From Mobula hypostoma (taxonomy: Eukaryota): a stretch of DNA of 64,000 bases. Within the stretch, counting starts at the first letter, position 1; each line of letters begins with the position of its first letter. Positions 1 to 13,320 of this stretch are shown here, one piece after another. The translations under genes and the position numbers were made by a program. Location: NCBI RefSeq assembly GCF_963921235.1, contig NC_086097.1:17794001-17858000 (forward strand), read 5' to 3'. A model generated the notes under the pieces. It was not told where the DNA came from. It saw only the letters and a program-made list of their open reading frames with translations, and ran no database searches.

Positions 1-1040
1 TGTTTTTGTAGCTGATGAACTCAGATAGGCATAATCATCATTACAGGATTGGCTGCAGAATTCCTTCCAATCTTACAGTGTGTCTGCACCCACCTTGGCA
101 TTCCAGTCTCCATAGATGGTTAAAATGTCTTTTTCTTTTGTCCACCTTGCCAATAATGCCCTGGAGTTGTGTGTAGAACTCCTCCACTTGGTCATCTTCA
201 TAGTCAGTTGTTGGTGCATAGGCCTGTATTTCTGTGATGTTGAAAGGTGCTGCTCTAAGGCCGATGGATATAAGCCTGCTGGATACTGAGAGGCACCAGA
301 GTCCTGAGTTCTTGATGCTCTTGTTAACAAGAAATCCTACACCATTGGCATGTTTGTCAAATTCTCCACTGTATATGGCCTGCCTCAATAAGATGTTCAT
401 TAAGGATTTTCCACCTGACTTCAGAGTCCCACGATGTGCCAGGTATATTTTTCCAGCTCATATGCGAGTTCCTGCAGTTTCCCTGCTTGAACAAGTGTTC
501 ACACATTCCATGTGGCTTATGAGATGTAGTCTCTCTCACGGATCTTCTGTGGTAAGATTTCACCAGTAGCATACTTAACACCTTTGCTCTGGTGTGCAAT
601 GGATGGTGCAGTCCTTGGTGACCCAGGCTGTGCCAATCTAGCATGGGGTCTGTTGCTATGTTCAACCAACATGTTGCGTGTCTTGGGCAGGTGAGACCTA
701 ATAGTGCCCATCCTTCTCCAGGCCAGACCACAGCCAATGTTCTCCAACTCAGTGGCTCGCCCTGGGCTCAAACACGTGGTCATTGTAGGTCTTCAGGGAA
801 CTCATCCGCTCTGGTCAGTGACTTTGTCAACGAGATCCTTCACCCAGTGGTGCTGTGTTAACACCACCTCCTCACGTCATTTAACCCGCCAGCTGAAGCA
901 GTGTATCGGGGTGTGCCATATGGTGGCAGATGTGAGAAGGATGAGGACCAGTGATGCCCATCCACCCTACAAGGTAGAGTGCAGCGGCCAGATATCAAAG
1001 GTACTGCCTCTATCTAGAGCCTCCTACACCTTCAATCACC
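1..1040 (-). mobile_element. RTE-clade LINE, 5' region (5' UTR plus frameshifted AP endonuclease), runs off the window start
   Basis: ORFs 41..400 and 73..330: GVGFLV..VSSRLISI..IQAYAPT..VEEFY..GDWNAKVG, typical RTE-type APE motifs; 5' boundary approximate. Confidence 0.7.
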
Positions 1041-2623
1041 TTAGACATGAATAAAACACTCTGTATGCTGTAAAGGATGTAACATGATCTATCACTCATT
1101 CCATTAACATGTTTGCTGTGTCATAAGTACAAATTCAATTACATGTCACATGATCCCTCACACTCTTGCCAGCAACAACTGCAGCAAGGACGAATGTACA
1201 CATTATGTTTATCAGTCAGATTTGCTAGGAATTGCAGATTTTGCCATCTCAGTGGTGGATGTCCAGCCATGACAAAGACGGATCAGTTTATGACATGTAG
1301 TGGGGCAGCCACGTGCTTCTGAAGTTACTGAGACTGTCTTTGCAAGGTCAGGTGCATTTCTATAGGGCATTTGATCATTTCTTATCCCTCAGCCAATTAC
1401 TGGCTGGTCCCTATTTTATATAACAACCTACATACATATTAATGTAGTTTTTCTCTCTCTCTAACTATCACTATAGCAAGGACAAATTCAGAGAAATATA
1501 GGAGGGTCCCTTCTATTTAACAAGAGCAAGAGGGAGAGGAGGAAGTGTTACTGGAAGAGGTGAAAAACCCAGTGTGATTGTGAAGACTCTGGATCTTCCT
1601 GAGCTGATGGAAAGTACTGGTGCAGCTATGGACATTATGCCTTTGCACATGACTCCACATGTTACCAGCTTATTTATAGATATTGCAAGGGATACTCAGC
1701 AAGAATATGGAGTACTGAGTTCTATTTCATGAGGTGAAGTTCTAAGGCAGTTCAGCTAAACCTGAAACAGCTCTCTGGTCTGGCTGGATGGCATAACAGC
1801 ACAGCAGTTCTGTCTGAAAGAACACTGATAAGTGTGATGAATGGAATGCAAGTTAGAGATGATGTAGAATTAAATGATAAAATTCACTGCTTGACGCTTA
1901 ATTACTTCTTGTGGAATAATTGTGTCCACTTTATCAAATCTTATCACTTAGAGCCTGAGAGTTTAAATTCAATTGTTCAGATTATATAAAGCTCCCAACC
2001 TTCAACCATGAACACCCTAGCATTACATGGTTTCACAGGTTCAGTAGAATGCACTTGTTCAACTTGCATCACTCTTGAACAGACTGTTGTTATGTCACAA
2101 CAGATAAATGCCACTTATAAACAGGGGCCAAAATTGAAAGATGAATTTTTAGAGTAGACATGGAACTGGAAGCTTTAACATCTGTTGGGCAGTTTGCCTC
2201 ATAGCCAATGTAAAGAATTTTGTCTGTACAGCTCCTGAAGGGTTCTATTAGACAGTTGAAATAGAATATGACTTTATTTTAAGTTGTTACTTTCTTTCTA
2301 CAGATACTGACTCTGAGATTGCATTCATGTGCATACCCTAGATGAGCATACCACAAGTGCACTCACTTCTGGTGAGACAGAGTAGCTTGAATTTGACCAT
2401 TGTATGGAAAGAGCTGATAATGGAAGAACAGCTCAGTTATATGACATTCAGTGAGGGTGCTGAATAAATAACTATCAAGAACTGCGCAAGTGAAGATAGC
2501 TGACTCAGCACACATGGGACCTGCAATTTCAAGGCATCCAATGTTCACTGAGTTCATTCTGTTGATCTAATTAATTTAAGTCTTTAAATGCAATATTCTT
2601 TAAATATCATTGAGGTCCACAAG

Positions 2624-2967
2624 AACACACACAAAATGCTGGAGGAACTCAGCATGTCAGGCAGCATCTATGGGAAGGAATAAACAGTTGACATTTTGGG
2701 CTGAGATCCTTCATCAGGACTGGAAAGGAAGGGGGATGAAGCCCGGATAAGAAGGTGAAGGGAGGGGAAGGAGTACAAGCCGGAAGGTGACAGGTGAAGC
2801 CAGGTGGGTGGAGGGAGGGGGGATGAAGTGAGAAGTTGGGAGATCATAGGTGGAAAAGTTAAAGGGCTGAAGAAGAAAGAATCTGAAAGGAGAGGAGAGT
2901 GGACCATAGGAGAAAGGGAAGGAGAAGGGGCGCTGGGGGAAGTGATAGGCAGGTGAAGAGAAGTACA
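2624..2967 (-). mobile_element. Short non-autonomous Penelope-derived 3'-end element with a degenerate hammerhead motif (about 2685-2722)
   Basis: acacacacaaaatgctggaggaactcagc..., minus strand CAGTC CTGATGA AGGATCTCAGCCC AAAAT GTC AACTG; purine-rich body like 35390-35640. Confidence 0.8.
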
Positions 2968-4389
2968 CAAAATAGGTACTAAGTCTTAAATCTATTCCAT
3001 CATTCAACATTATAGTTATCTACTTTAAACACCATTTTCCTGACCTATTTTAATCTCCCCAATTCCTTTAAAATCCTGAAATCTGATAATGTACATTTAG
3101 AACTTGCTTAGTTTGGACTTCCATAGACAAGATGGCTAGGAGGAAAGAGTATGACTGGCTACAGTCCAAATATAGAAGCAGAACATAAAAGAATTTTTTA
3201 ATATTATGTGAATGGGAATTGGGTCAATAGGATCAGAGTGTTGAATGCTTGGCTTAGAGGTGGATACGGGAGAAATAGATTTACAATTATAAATTCAACA
3301 GACAAGACATTTGTGCAAAGTGGTAATTGATAACTAAAATCCATAGGAATGAAACAGAGCAAAAAGCAAACTGATGGAGGAACTCAGCAGGTGAAGCAGC
3401 ATCTGTGGAGAAAAATAGATAGTTGATGATTTGGATTGAAAACTTTCATCTGAACTAAAAGATAAAGGGGAAATGTTGAAGCAAGAGCTAGAAAATAATA
3501 AGTGACTGCATGTGAAGCCTATATATTGTAATTGGTACTATTTCTGATTTTTTTTTTTAGAGTTTCTATACTGTGCTTCTGGATAGACAACATTCAAATG
3601 CAATTTAGGCATAGCCCTTCAGCCACTCAGAAGATCCTGACAAGGCTTTCCCTGTCATAGAGACTAGGGAGACTTAAATATAGCTTATCTATCTTTTCCT
3701 CATTTTCTTATTTGATATATCCATTTATAGTTGTGAATGCCCTCTTCATAACTTAATTTCTTTATCTGTCTTTTTCATCAGCAACTTTAGTAAAACATAC
3801 CTTTTGTACCTTCAACCATAAGACCATTAAATATAGGAGCAGAATGAGGACATTTATCCCATAACTCCATTTTCCTATCTTCTCCCCACTACCTTAAACC
3901 CTCTTACCAATCAAGAACCCATCCATTGTTGCCTTTAATCAGATGCCTCTACTTCAATCTGAGGTTCCCACCTACTTTAACAAGACCATGATCGTCGTGG
4001 TAACTAAGAAAAACAAGGAAATGAAACTTAATGACTACTGCTCTGTGGCTCTGACAATCATGAAATAATTCAAGAGGTTGATCATGGCACATATCAACTG
4101 CAGCCTCCCAGACAACCTGAACCTACTGCTGAAACAAGTTTATGCAAGATGTCATCTACCTGGCTGTACACTCTTACATAGAAATATAGAAAACCTACAG
4201 CACAATACAGGCCCTTTGGCCCACAATGCTGTGCATGTACTTACTTTAGAAATTTATTTTTCTAAGCTCCATGTATCTATCCATGAATCTCGTAAAAGAC
4301 CTTATTGTATCTTCTCCAGAACATCTGACAGTAAAGTTACCTACTGTAGAATATACAGTAGTTTATTGGCTGCAGCTCCTCATTAAATA

Positions 4390-5485
4390 CCAAGGTACCA
4401 AGCAAATTTATTATAGGAAAGTTACTAATGTGGTTACAGCATTGGCTGATTGGTAGGAGGCAGCAACAAGGAATAAAAAGATCCCCGTCTAGATGGCTGC
4501 CAGTGGTTTTCCGAAGGTGCCTGTGTTAGGACTGCTTTTTATGCTGTATATAAGGGATTTAGATGATGGAATAAATGGTTTTTTTGCCAAGCTTGCAGAT
4601 GATACGAAGATTGTTGGAGGGGCAAGAGGACTGTAGAGAGACTCAAACAGATTTGGAGAATGAGCAAGATAGTGGCAAATGAAATACAATGTTGGAAAGT
4701 GATTGGTCATGCACTTTGGTAGTAGAAATAAATCTGCAGACTATTTTCTAAATGGAAAGAAAATCCAAAAATCTGAGATGAAAAGGGACTTGGGAGCCCT
4801 TGTGCAGAACATCCTAAAGATTAATTTGTGGGTTTGAGTCAGTGGTGAGGAAAGCAAATGCAATGTTAGCATTCATTTCAAGAGCAGGGATGTGATGCTG
4901 AGGCTTTATAAGATACTGTTGAGGCCTCACCTTGAGTATTGTGAACAGTTTTGGGCTCATCTTAGAAAAGATGTGCTGGCATTGGTGGGGTCCAGAGGTG
5001 ATTTACAAGGATGATTCTGGGAATGAAAGGGTTAGCATGTGAGGAGCGTTTCATGGCTCTGGTCTGTACTTGCTGGAATTTAGAAGGATGAGGGGAGATT
5101 TCATTGAAATATTTCGAATGTTGAAAGCCCTAGAAAGAGTAGATGTGGAAGGGATGTTTCCCATGGTGGGGGAGTCTAGGACAAGAGGGCACAGTCTCAG
5201 AATAGAGGGGTGTTCATTTAAAACAGAGATGCAGAGAAATTTCTTTAGCCAGAGGGAGGTGAATTTGTGGAATTTGTTACCAGATGCAGCTGTGGGGGTG
5301 TGGTCATTGGGTGCATTTAAGGAAAAGATTGATAGGTTCTTTATTGGACACGGCATCAAAGGTTATGGAGAGAAGTCTGGAGAATGGGGTTGAGGAGGGG
5401 GAGAAAAAGGATCAGCGATGATTGAATGGTGGAGCAGACTCAATGGGCCAAATGGCCTAATTCTGCTCCCATGTCTTATGGTCTA
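4390..5485 (+). mobile_element. CR1-clade LINE 3' fragment, degenerate
   Basis: RT remnants (AKLADDTK), C-terminal RTRGHSLRI..NFFSQR..NLWN motif in ORF 5070..5393, 3' end cttatggtct. Confidence 0.85.
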
Positions 5486-6233
5486 AATTCATATCCAAAC
5501 TCTTTTATCTGGGACCCAATACCTCCCTTCATAGTTGGATTCTTGAGATACTGACAAAATCAGTGAAGGTAGGTAGCAACTTCTCCACCTTGTGTGGGCT
5601 CTGGGTCTCCACGAGGCTACTTTCTCAGCCTCCTACTTTACTCTCTATACACCAGGACTGGGTAGACAGATTATTTCGAATTCCATCTTCAAATTTGCAT
5701 ATGACAGCACCTTCCAAAGTGGGCCGGATCTCAAATAACAATGAGTTGGGGTATAGGAAGGAAGAAGGTGGCCTTGTGGAATGATGTCATGACAACCTGT
5801 CCCTCATTGTCAACAAAATAAAAGAGCTGTTCATCAAAACAGCAGAACAAGGAGGGGAGGCAGCACACCTGCTCTTGCTAGGAGTGGTCATCACCTGTCC
5901 TGGTTCAACCACATAAATGCCAAGGCCAAGAAAGTTCACTGGTGTTTCTAGTTCTTCAGGAGGCTAAAGAAATTTGGCATGACCCCTATGACCGTCACCA
6001 ATTTTTACTGAAACACCATAAAAAGTATCATGTCTAGACACTTTATGGCTTGGTAAGGTAGTTGCTCTGCCTGAGACTGCAAAAAACTGCAGAAAAGTTG
6101 TGGACGCAGCTCCGTAATCATGGAAACCACCCCCCACCCCCTTCATGGACACTGTCTATATTTTTGCTGCTTCGATAAAGCAGCTAACATACTAAAAGAA
6201 CACACCTACCCCAGACAATCCTCCTCCTCCCAT

Positions 6234-6892
6234 AATTAATTGAAAGAGGCGGCACAGGTAGTTAGGGTCGTAAAGAAAGCTTTTGGTCTTGATAAATGGA
6301 AGTATTGTGTACAAGGGATGGAATGTTATGATGAAGTTGTATAACACAGTAGTGAGTCCTAATTTGGCACAGTGTATGCAGTTTTGGTCACCTACCCACA
6401 GGAAAGATGTAAATAAGGTTGAAGGAGTATAAAGAAAAATTACATGGATGTTGCCGGGACTGGAAGATGTGAGTTATAAAGAAAGATTGGATAGGTTAAG
6501 ACTTTATTCCTTGGAATGTAGCTGATTGAGGGAAGATTTGATAGAGATACAAAGTTACGAGGGATATAGATAGGGTAAATGTATGGTGGTGTTTTCCACT
6601 GTGGATGGGGGGGACTACAACTAGAGGTATTGCTTAAGAGGGAAAGGTGGAAAGTTTAAGGGAACCTGAGGGGAAACTTCTTTGCTCAGAGGGTTGTGAG
6701 AGTGTGGAATGAGCTGCCAGCACAAGCGGTGCATGTGAGCTCGATTTCAACATGTACGTGAAGTTTGGATAGGTACATGGGTAAGTAGGGCAATGGTCCA
6801 GCTGCAGGTCAATGAGACTAGGTAGTTTAAATGGTTTGGCACTGACTAGATGGGTCAACAGGCCTGTTTCTGTGCTGTACTTCTCTATGACT
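6234..6892 (+). mobile_element. CR1 3' fragment with candidate 12-bp TSD
   Basis: CR1 C-terminal remnants and tail tgtgctgtacttctctatga; flanks tcctcctcccat (6222-6233) / tcctgctcccat (6893-6904). Confidence 0.75.
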
Positions 6893-7085
6893 TCCTGCTC
6901 CCATTGGCAGAAGATAAAAAAAATTATAAGAACATATCAATAGGCTTAAGGACAGCTTCTATCCCGGTTATAAAACAGACCCCTAGAACGAAAAGATGGA
7001 TGCTTGACCTTACGATCTACTATGTTATGGGCTTGTACCTCATTATCTACCTGCACTGCACTTTTAATGTCCCTGTAACAATTCA

Positions 7086-10000
7086 GGGTTTTAAATTTTT
7101 AGATCACTGGGATCTCTTCCGGGGAAGGTGGGACCTGTACAGATTGGATGGGTTGCACCTGAACTTGAGGGGGAGCAATATTCTTGCAGGTAGGTTTGCT
7201 AGCATGGTTCGGGAGGGTTTAAACTATTTTGCGAGGGGGATGGGACCCAGAGCAATAGAGCAGTGAAAGAAGTGCATGGAGAAAAGCCAGATCTAACATA
7301 CAGAAAGGCTTTGAGGAAAGAGAAGCAGAATAAACGGTGTAAAGACAGTAAGGTAGAAGGGATGAAATGTGTGTACCTCAATGCAAGAAGCATCAGGAAC
7401 AAAGGTGATGAACTGAGAGCTTGGATACATACATGGAATTATGATGTAGTGGCCATTACAGAGACTTGGCTGGCACCAGGGCAGGAATGGATTCTCAATA
7501 TTCCTGGATTTCAGTGCTTTAAAAAGGGATAGAGAGGGTGGAAAAAGGGGTGGAGGGGTGGCATTACTGGTCAGGGATACTATTACAGCTACAGAAAGGG
7601 TGGGTAATGTAGCAGGATCCTCTTTTGAGTCAATATGGGTGGAACAGGAAGGGAGCAGTTACTCTACTGGGGGTATTCTATAGGCCCCCTGGTAGCAGCA
7701 GAGATACAGAGGAGCAGATTGGGAGGCAGATTTTGGAAAGGTGCAAAAATAACAGGGTTGTTATCATGGGTGACTTTAACTTCCCTAATATTGATTGGCA
7801 CCTGATTAGTTCCAAGGGTTTAGATGGGGCAGAATTTGTTAAGTGTGTCCAGGATGGATTCCTGTCACAGTATGTGGACAGGCCGACCAGGAGGAATGCC
7901 ATACTAGATCTAGTACTAGGTAATGAACCAGGTCAGGTCACAGATCTCTCAGTGGGTGAGCATCTGGGGGACAGTGACCACCGCTCCCTGGCCTTTATAA
8001 TTATCATGGAAAAGGATAGAATTAAAGAGGACAGGAAAATTTTTAATTGGGGAAAGGCAAATTATGAAGCTATAAGGCTAGAATTTGTGGGTGTGAATTG
8101 GGATGATGTTTTTGCAGGGAAATGTACTATGGACATGTGGTCGATGTTTAAAGATCTCTTGCGGGATGTAAGGGATAAATTTGTCCCGGTGAGGAAGATA
8201 AAGAATGGTAGGGTGAAGGAACCATGGGTGACAAGTGAGGTGGAAAATCTAGTCAGGAGGAAGAAGGCAGCATACATGAGGTTTAGGAAGCAAGGATCAG
8301 CTGGGTCTATTGAGGAATATAGGGAAGCAAGAAAAGAGCTTAAGAAGGGGCTGAGAAGAGCAAGAAGGGGGCATGAGAAGGCCTTGGCGAGTAGGGTAAA
8401 GGAAAACCCCAAGGCATTCTTCAATTATGTGAAGAAAAAAAGGATGACAGGAGTGAAGGTAGGACCGATTAGAGATAAAGGTGGGAAGATGTGCCTGGAG
8501 GCTGTGGAAGTGAGCGAGGTCGTCAATGAATACTTCTCTTTGGTATTCACCAATGAGAGGGAACTTGATGATGGTGAGGACAATATGAGTGAGGGTGATG
8601 TTCTGGAGCATGCTGATATTAAGGGAGAGGAGGTGTTGGAGTTGTTAAAATACATTAGGACAGATAAGTCCCCGGGGCCTGATGGAATATTCCCCAGGCT
8701 GCTCCACGAGGCGAGAGAAGAGATTGCTGAGCCTCTGGCTAGGATCTTTATGTCCTCGTTGTCCACGGGAATGGTACCGGAGGATTGGAGGGAGGCGAAT
8801 GTTGTTCCCTTGTTCAAAAAAGGTAGTAGGGATAGTCCGGGTAATTATAGACCAGTGAGCCTTACGTCTGTGGTGGGAAAGCTGTTGTTAAAAGATTCTT
8901 AGAGATAGGATCTATAGGCATTTAGAGAATCATGGTCTGATCAGGGACAGTCAGCATGGCTTTGTGAAGGGCAGATTGTGTCTAACAAGCCTGATAGAGT
9001 TCTTTGAGGAGGTGACCAGGCATATAGATGAGGGTAGTGCAGTGGATGTGATCTATATGGATTTTAGTAAAGCAGTTGACAAGGTTCCACATGGTAGGCT
9101 TATTCAGAAAGTTAGAAGGCATGGGATCCAGGGAAGTTTGGCCAGGTGGATTCAGAATTGGCTTGCCTGCAGAAGGCAGAGGGTGGTGGTGGAGTGAGTA
9201 CATTCAGATTGGAGGATTGTGACTAGTGGTGTCCCACGAGAATCTGTTCTGGGACCTCTACTTTTCGTGATTTTTATTAACGACTTGGATGTGGGGGTAG
9301 GAGGGTGGGTTGGCAAGTTTGCAGACGACACAAAGGTTGGTGGTGTTGTAGATAGTGTAGAGGATTGTCAAAGATTGCAGAGAGACATTGATAGGATGCA
9401 GAAGTGGGCTGAGAAATGGCAGATGGAGTTCAACCCGGAGAAGTGTGAGATGGTACACTTTGGAAGGACAAACTCCAAGGCAGAGTACAAAGAAAATGGC
9501 AGGATACTTGGTAGTGTGGAGGAGCAGAGGGATCTGTGGGTACATGTCCACAGATCCCTGAAAGTTGCCTCACAGGTGGATAGAGTAGTTAAGAAAGCTT
9601 ATGGGGTGTTAGCTTTCATAAGTCGAAGGATAGAGTTTAAGAGTCGCGATGTAATGATGCAGCTCTATAAAACTCTGGTTAGGCCGCACTTGGAGTGTTG
9701 TGTCCAGTTCTGGTCACCTCACTATAGGAAGGATGTGGAAGCATTGGAAAGGGTACAGAGGAGATTTACCAGGATGCTGCCTGCCTGGTTTAGAAAGTAT
9801 GCATTATGATCAGAGATTAAGGGAGCTAGGGCTTTACTCTTTGGAGAGAAGGAGGATGAGAGGAGACATGATAGAGGTGTACAAGATAATAAGAGGAATA
9901 GATAGAGTGGATAGCCAGCGCCTCTTCCCCAGGGCACCACTGCTCAATACAAGAGGACATGGCTTTAAGGTAAGGGGTGGGAAGTTCAAGGGGGATATTA

Positions 10001-10211
10001 GAGGAAGGTTTTTTACTCAGAGAGTGGTTGGTGCGTGGAATGCACTGCCTGAGTCAGTGGTGGAGGCAGATACACTAGTGAAGTTTAAGAGACTACTAGA
10101 CAGGTATATGGAGGAATCTAAGGTGGGGGCTTATATGGGAGGCAGGGTTTGAGGGTCGGCACAACATTGTGGGCCGAAGGGCCTGTACTGTGCTGTACTG
10201 TTCTATGTTCT
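7086..10211 (+). mobile_element. 5'-truncated CR1 LINE (end of esterase ORF1 plus whole ORF2 EN-RT with a few frameshifts and a stop)
   Basis: QGFKFLDHWDLF..DGLHLN; YLNARSI, ITETWL, GDFNFP, SDH (APE); YRPVSLTS, DFSKA, FADDTK (RT); tail tgtactgttctatgttct; candidate TSD AATTCA at 7080-7085 and 10212-10217. Confidence 0.93.
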
Positions 10212-10227
10212 AATTCATTCTGCATTC

Positions 10228-10600
10228 AAAACACGAGAAAATCAGCAAATTCTGGAAAACCAAAGCAGCACACACAAAATGCTGGAGGAATTCAGTAGGC
10301 CAAGCAGAACCTATGGAAAAGAGTAAACAGTCGATAGTTCAGGTTGAGATCCTTCAAGACTGGAAAGGAAGGGGGGAAGTCAGAATAAAGTGGACGGAGG
10401 GGAGGAAGAAGTACAAGGAGGCAGGTGATAAGTGAAACTGGGAGAGGGGGAGGGTGAATTAAAGAGCTGGGAAGTTGATTGGTGAAAGATAAAGGGCTAG
10501 AGAAGTGGGTGTCTGATGGGAGAGGACAGAAAACCATGGAAGAAAGGGTAAGGGGAGGAGCACCAGAGGAAAGTGATGGGCAGGTAAGGAGATAAGAATG
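10228..10600 (-). mobile_element. Penelope-derived short element (hammerhead core damaged) with candidate 12-bp TSD
   Basis: Same family as 2624-2967; flanks cattctgcattc (10216-10227) / cattttgcattc (10601-10612). Confidence 0.8.
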
Positions 10601-10635
10601 CATTTTGCATTCTGTTCTTGTTTTTTTCTTGTTCT

Positions 10636-11030
10636 ATGCCTTATGAGAATAGGTTGAGTGAACTTGGCCTTTTCCCTTGAGTGACAGAGATTGAGAGGTG
10701 ACCTGTTAGAGGCATACATGATGATGAGGGGCATTGATCGTGCGGATAGCCAGACCTGAAATGGCTATCACGAGGCAGCATAGTTTTAAGGTGCTTGGAA
10801 GTAGGTACAGAGGTGATGTCAGAGGCAAGTTTTTCACACAGAGAGTGGTGGTGTGTGGAATGCACTGTCAGCGACAGTGGTAGAGGCAAATTCTAAGTTT
10901 CATAAAAGACCCTTTGGAAAAATAGAAGGCTACGTGGTAGGGAAATTCTAAGTAGTTTATAGAGTCGGTTACATGCTCGGTATAACATTGTTGGGCTGAA
11001 GGGCCTGTAATGTGCTGTAGATTTCTATGA
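10636..11030 (+). mobile_element. CR1 3' fragment
   Basis: Degenerate CR1 C-terminus and tail gggcctgtaatgtgctgtagatttctatg. Confidence 0.75.
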
Positions 11031-11629
11031 TTCTCCTTCAGTGTGAAAATGCAATTATCTGTATGGATGGCTTCCAGTTTTTCACTGTATATTGGTACAT
11101 GTGACAATAATAAACCAATTCATCTTAAATACACCCAATAGCTTAGCCTTCACATTCCTTCATTGGCAATGAATTCCACAGATTCACCACTCACTAGCTG
11201 AAGAAATTCCTCCTCGCTTCTATTCTAAAAGGGCACCCCTTTATTCTGAAACTATTCTTTGAATCCTAGACTCTCCCATGAATGGAAACGTCCTCACCAT
11301 GTCCACTCTTGTAGGGCTCTGTGCAAGTAAATTCTATCCAAGTAAACAAAAATTATAAAATAGAATTAAGGGCCCAGCACCAATTACTATGCCATAGCAC
11401 TTGTTACAGTTTATGAACCAGAGAAAAATAGTGATATATGCCTTCTCTCTGTTGCTGCTACCTAGCTAATCTTCCATCCATTGCTCCCATACCATGTTAT
11501 CTCCTATACCATGAGTTTGTTTTTTCCAAAATAACCTATATGCAGTACCTTGTTTTATTTTAAAATGGCTTCTAGCTTGGTAGAATTCAGGACTGACAAC
11601 TATTATTAATGACAAGAAGGTTTGAAGAA

Positions 11630-13195
11630 AACAATGAAGGGAGGATAATGAAGAGAAGGTAAAGAAAAGAGAGAGCTAGCCAATAAAATTAAGGAGGGTA
11701 CCAAAGGTTTCTTCAGATACAAAAATTGTAAAAGAGAGGTGAGAGTGGATATTAGACAACTGGAAAAGGATGCTGGAGAAGGAGTAATGGGGACAATGAA
11801 AAGGCGGACGAACTGAATAAGTATTTTGCATCAGTATTCACTGTGTAAGACACTAGGAGTATGGTGGAAGTTCCAGCTGTCAGGGGTCATGAAGTGTGTG
11901 AGGTTACCATAACTAGAAAGAAGGCTTTTGGGAAACTTAAAGACCTGAAGGTAGATAAGTCACCTGGACCAGATGGTATACACCCCAGGATTCTGAAAGA
12001 AGGGGTTAAAGAGATTGTGGAGGCGTTAGTAATGATCGTTCAAGAATCACTAGATTCTGGAATGTTTTTGGAAGACTGGAAAATTGCAAATGTCACTCCA
12101 CTCTTTAAGAAGTGAGAAAGGCAGAAGAAAGGAAACTATAGGCCAGTTAGTCTGACCTCAGTGGTTGGGAAGATGTTGGGGTCGATTATTAACAATGAGG
12201 ACTCAAAGTACTTGAAGGCACATGATAAAATAGACCATAGTTTCCTCAAGGGAAGGTCTTGCCTGACAAAACTGTTGGAAAATTCTTTGTAGAACTAACA
12301 AGCAGGTTAGACAAAGGAGAGATGGTTGATGTGTTCTTGGATTTTCAGAAGACCTTTGACAAGGTGCCACACATGAGGCTGCTTAACAAGCTATGAGCCC
12401 ACAGTATTACAGGAAAGGTTCTACTATGGATAAAACAGTGGCTGATTGGCAGGATGCAAAGAGTAGGGATAAAAGGAACCTTTCCTGGTTGGCGACTAGA
12501 GGTATTCTACAGGGGTTTGTGTTGGGACCGAAAATTTTTACGTTGCATGTCAATGATTTGGATGAAGGAATTGATGACTTTGTTGCAAAGTTTGCAGACA
12601 ATATGAAGATAGGTGAAGAGGCAGGTAGGTTTGAGGAAGTAGAGAGACTACAGAAGGACTTAGCTGGATTAGGAGAATGGGCAAAGAAATGGCAGATGGA
12701 ATACAGTGTCGGGAAGTATATGGTCATGCACTTTGGTAGAAGAAATGAAAGAGTTGACTATTTTCTAAATGAAGAGAAAATACAAAAAACAGAGGTGTAA
12801 AGGTACTTGGGAGTGTTTGTGTAAGATTCCCTAAAAGTTAATTTGCAGGTTGAGTCTGTAGTAAGAAAGGCATTTGCAGTGTTAGCATTCATTTCAAGAG
12901 GACTAGAGTGGCTGTGGAAAGGATGTTTCCTATGGTGGGAGAGTCTAGAACTCAGCTTCAGAATAGAAGCGCATCCTTTTAGAACGATGATGAGGAATTT
13001 CCTTAGCCAGGGAGTGGCGAATCTGTGGAATTCTTTTCCACAGGCAGCTGTAGAGGCTAAATCTGTATGTTTATTTAGGGAAGATTTTGACAGATGGTCA
13101 GGGTGTGAAGGGATACAGGGAGAAGACGGGCTGAGAGGAAAATTGACTCAATGGGCCAAATGGCCTGATTCGGCTCCTATATCTTATGGTCTTAT
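11630..13195 (+). mobile_element. CR1 LINE ORF2 fragment, degenerate, with an internal deletion near 12908
   Basis: [36 protein letters not shown]; 3' end cttatggtctta. Confidence 0.88.
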
Positions 13196-13226
13196 CAGTG
13201 TTTTAATGTGTTCTCTATATGAGGCA

Positions 13227-13320
13227 GATTGCGCCTTCTGCCAATCTGCGTCTTGTAAGGCATGAAAATACCCGACGCAGGCCTCTCATGGTCTGAGTCG
13301 ACGTCTCCCACCCCCAACCC
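13227..13320. mobile_element. Unclassified 94-bp insertion with perfect 12-bp TSD
   Basis: CTATATGAGGCA at 13215-13226 and 13321-13332; CpG-rich insert with internal inverted repeats. Confidence 0.7.

Larger units (their letters stand above)
5490..11120 (+). mobile_element. Old Rex1/Babar-like LINE 3' part split into about five pieces by later insertions
   Basis: Pieces at about 5490-6233, 6893-7085, 10212-10227, 10601-10635 and 11030-11120 join into a sequence resembling the uninterrupted copy at 56420-57185 (ctgcattctgttattg..ctgtatgg..gtgacaataataaacc). Confidence 0.65.

Noticed and set aside
1113..1322. Cys-rich 69-aa ORF and a nearby GAC GAA TGT (DEC) triplet
   Set aside because: No EGF cysteine spacing or splice sites; the DEC frame lacks further Cys and soon stops
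2290..2345. Strong acceptor-like tttctttctacag followed by (G)AT ACT GAC, resembling the start of a cbEGF exon
   Set aside because: The frame reads DTDSEIAFMCIP then TAG; no EGF cysteine pattern
2685..2722. Calling this and most other short-copy hammerhead motifs active ribozymes
   Set aside because: The catalytic GAAA has become AAAA, or CUGANGA or the stems are mutated, in most copies; treated as relics
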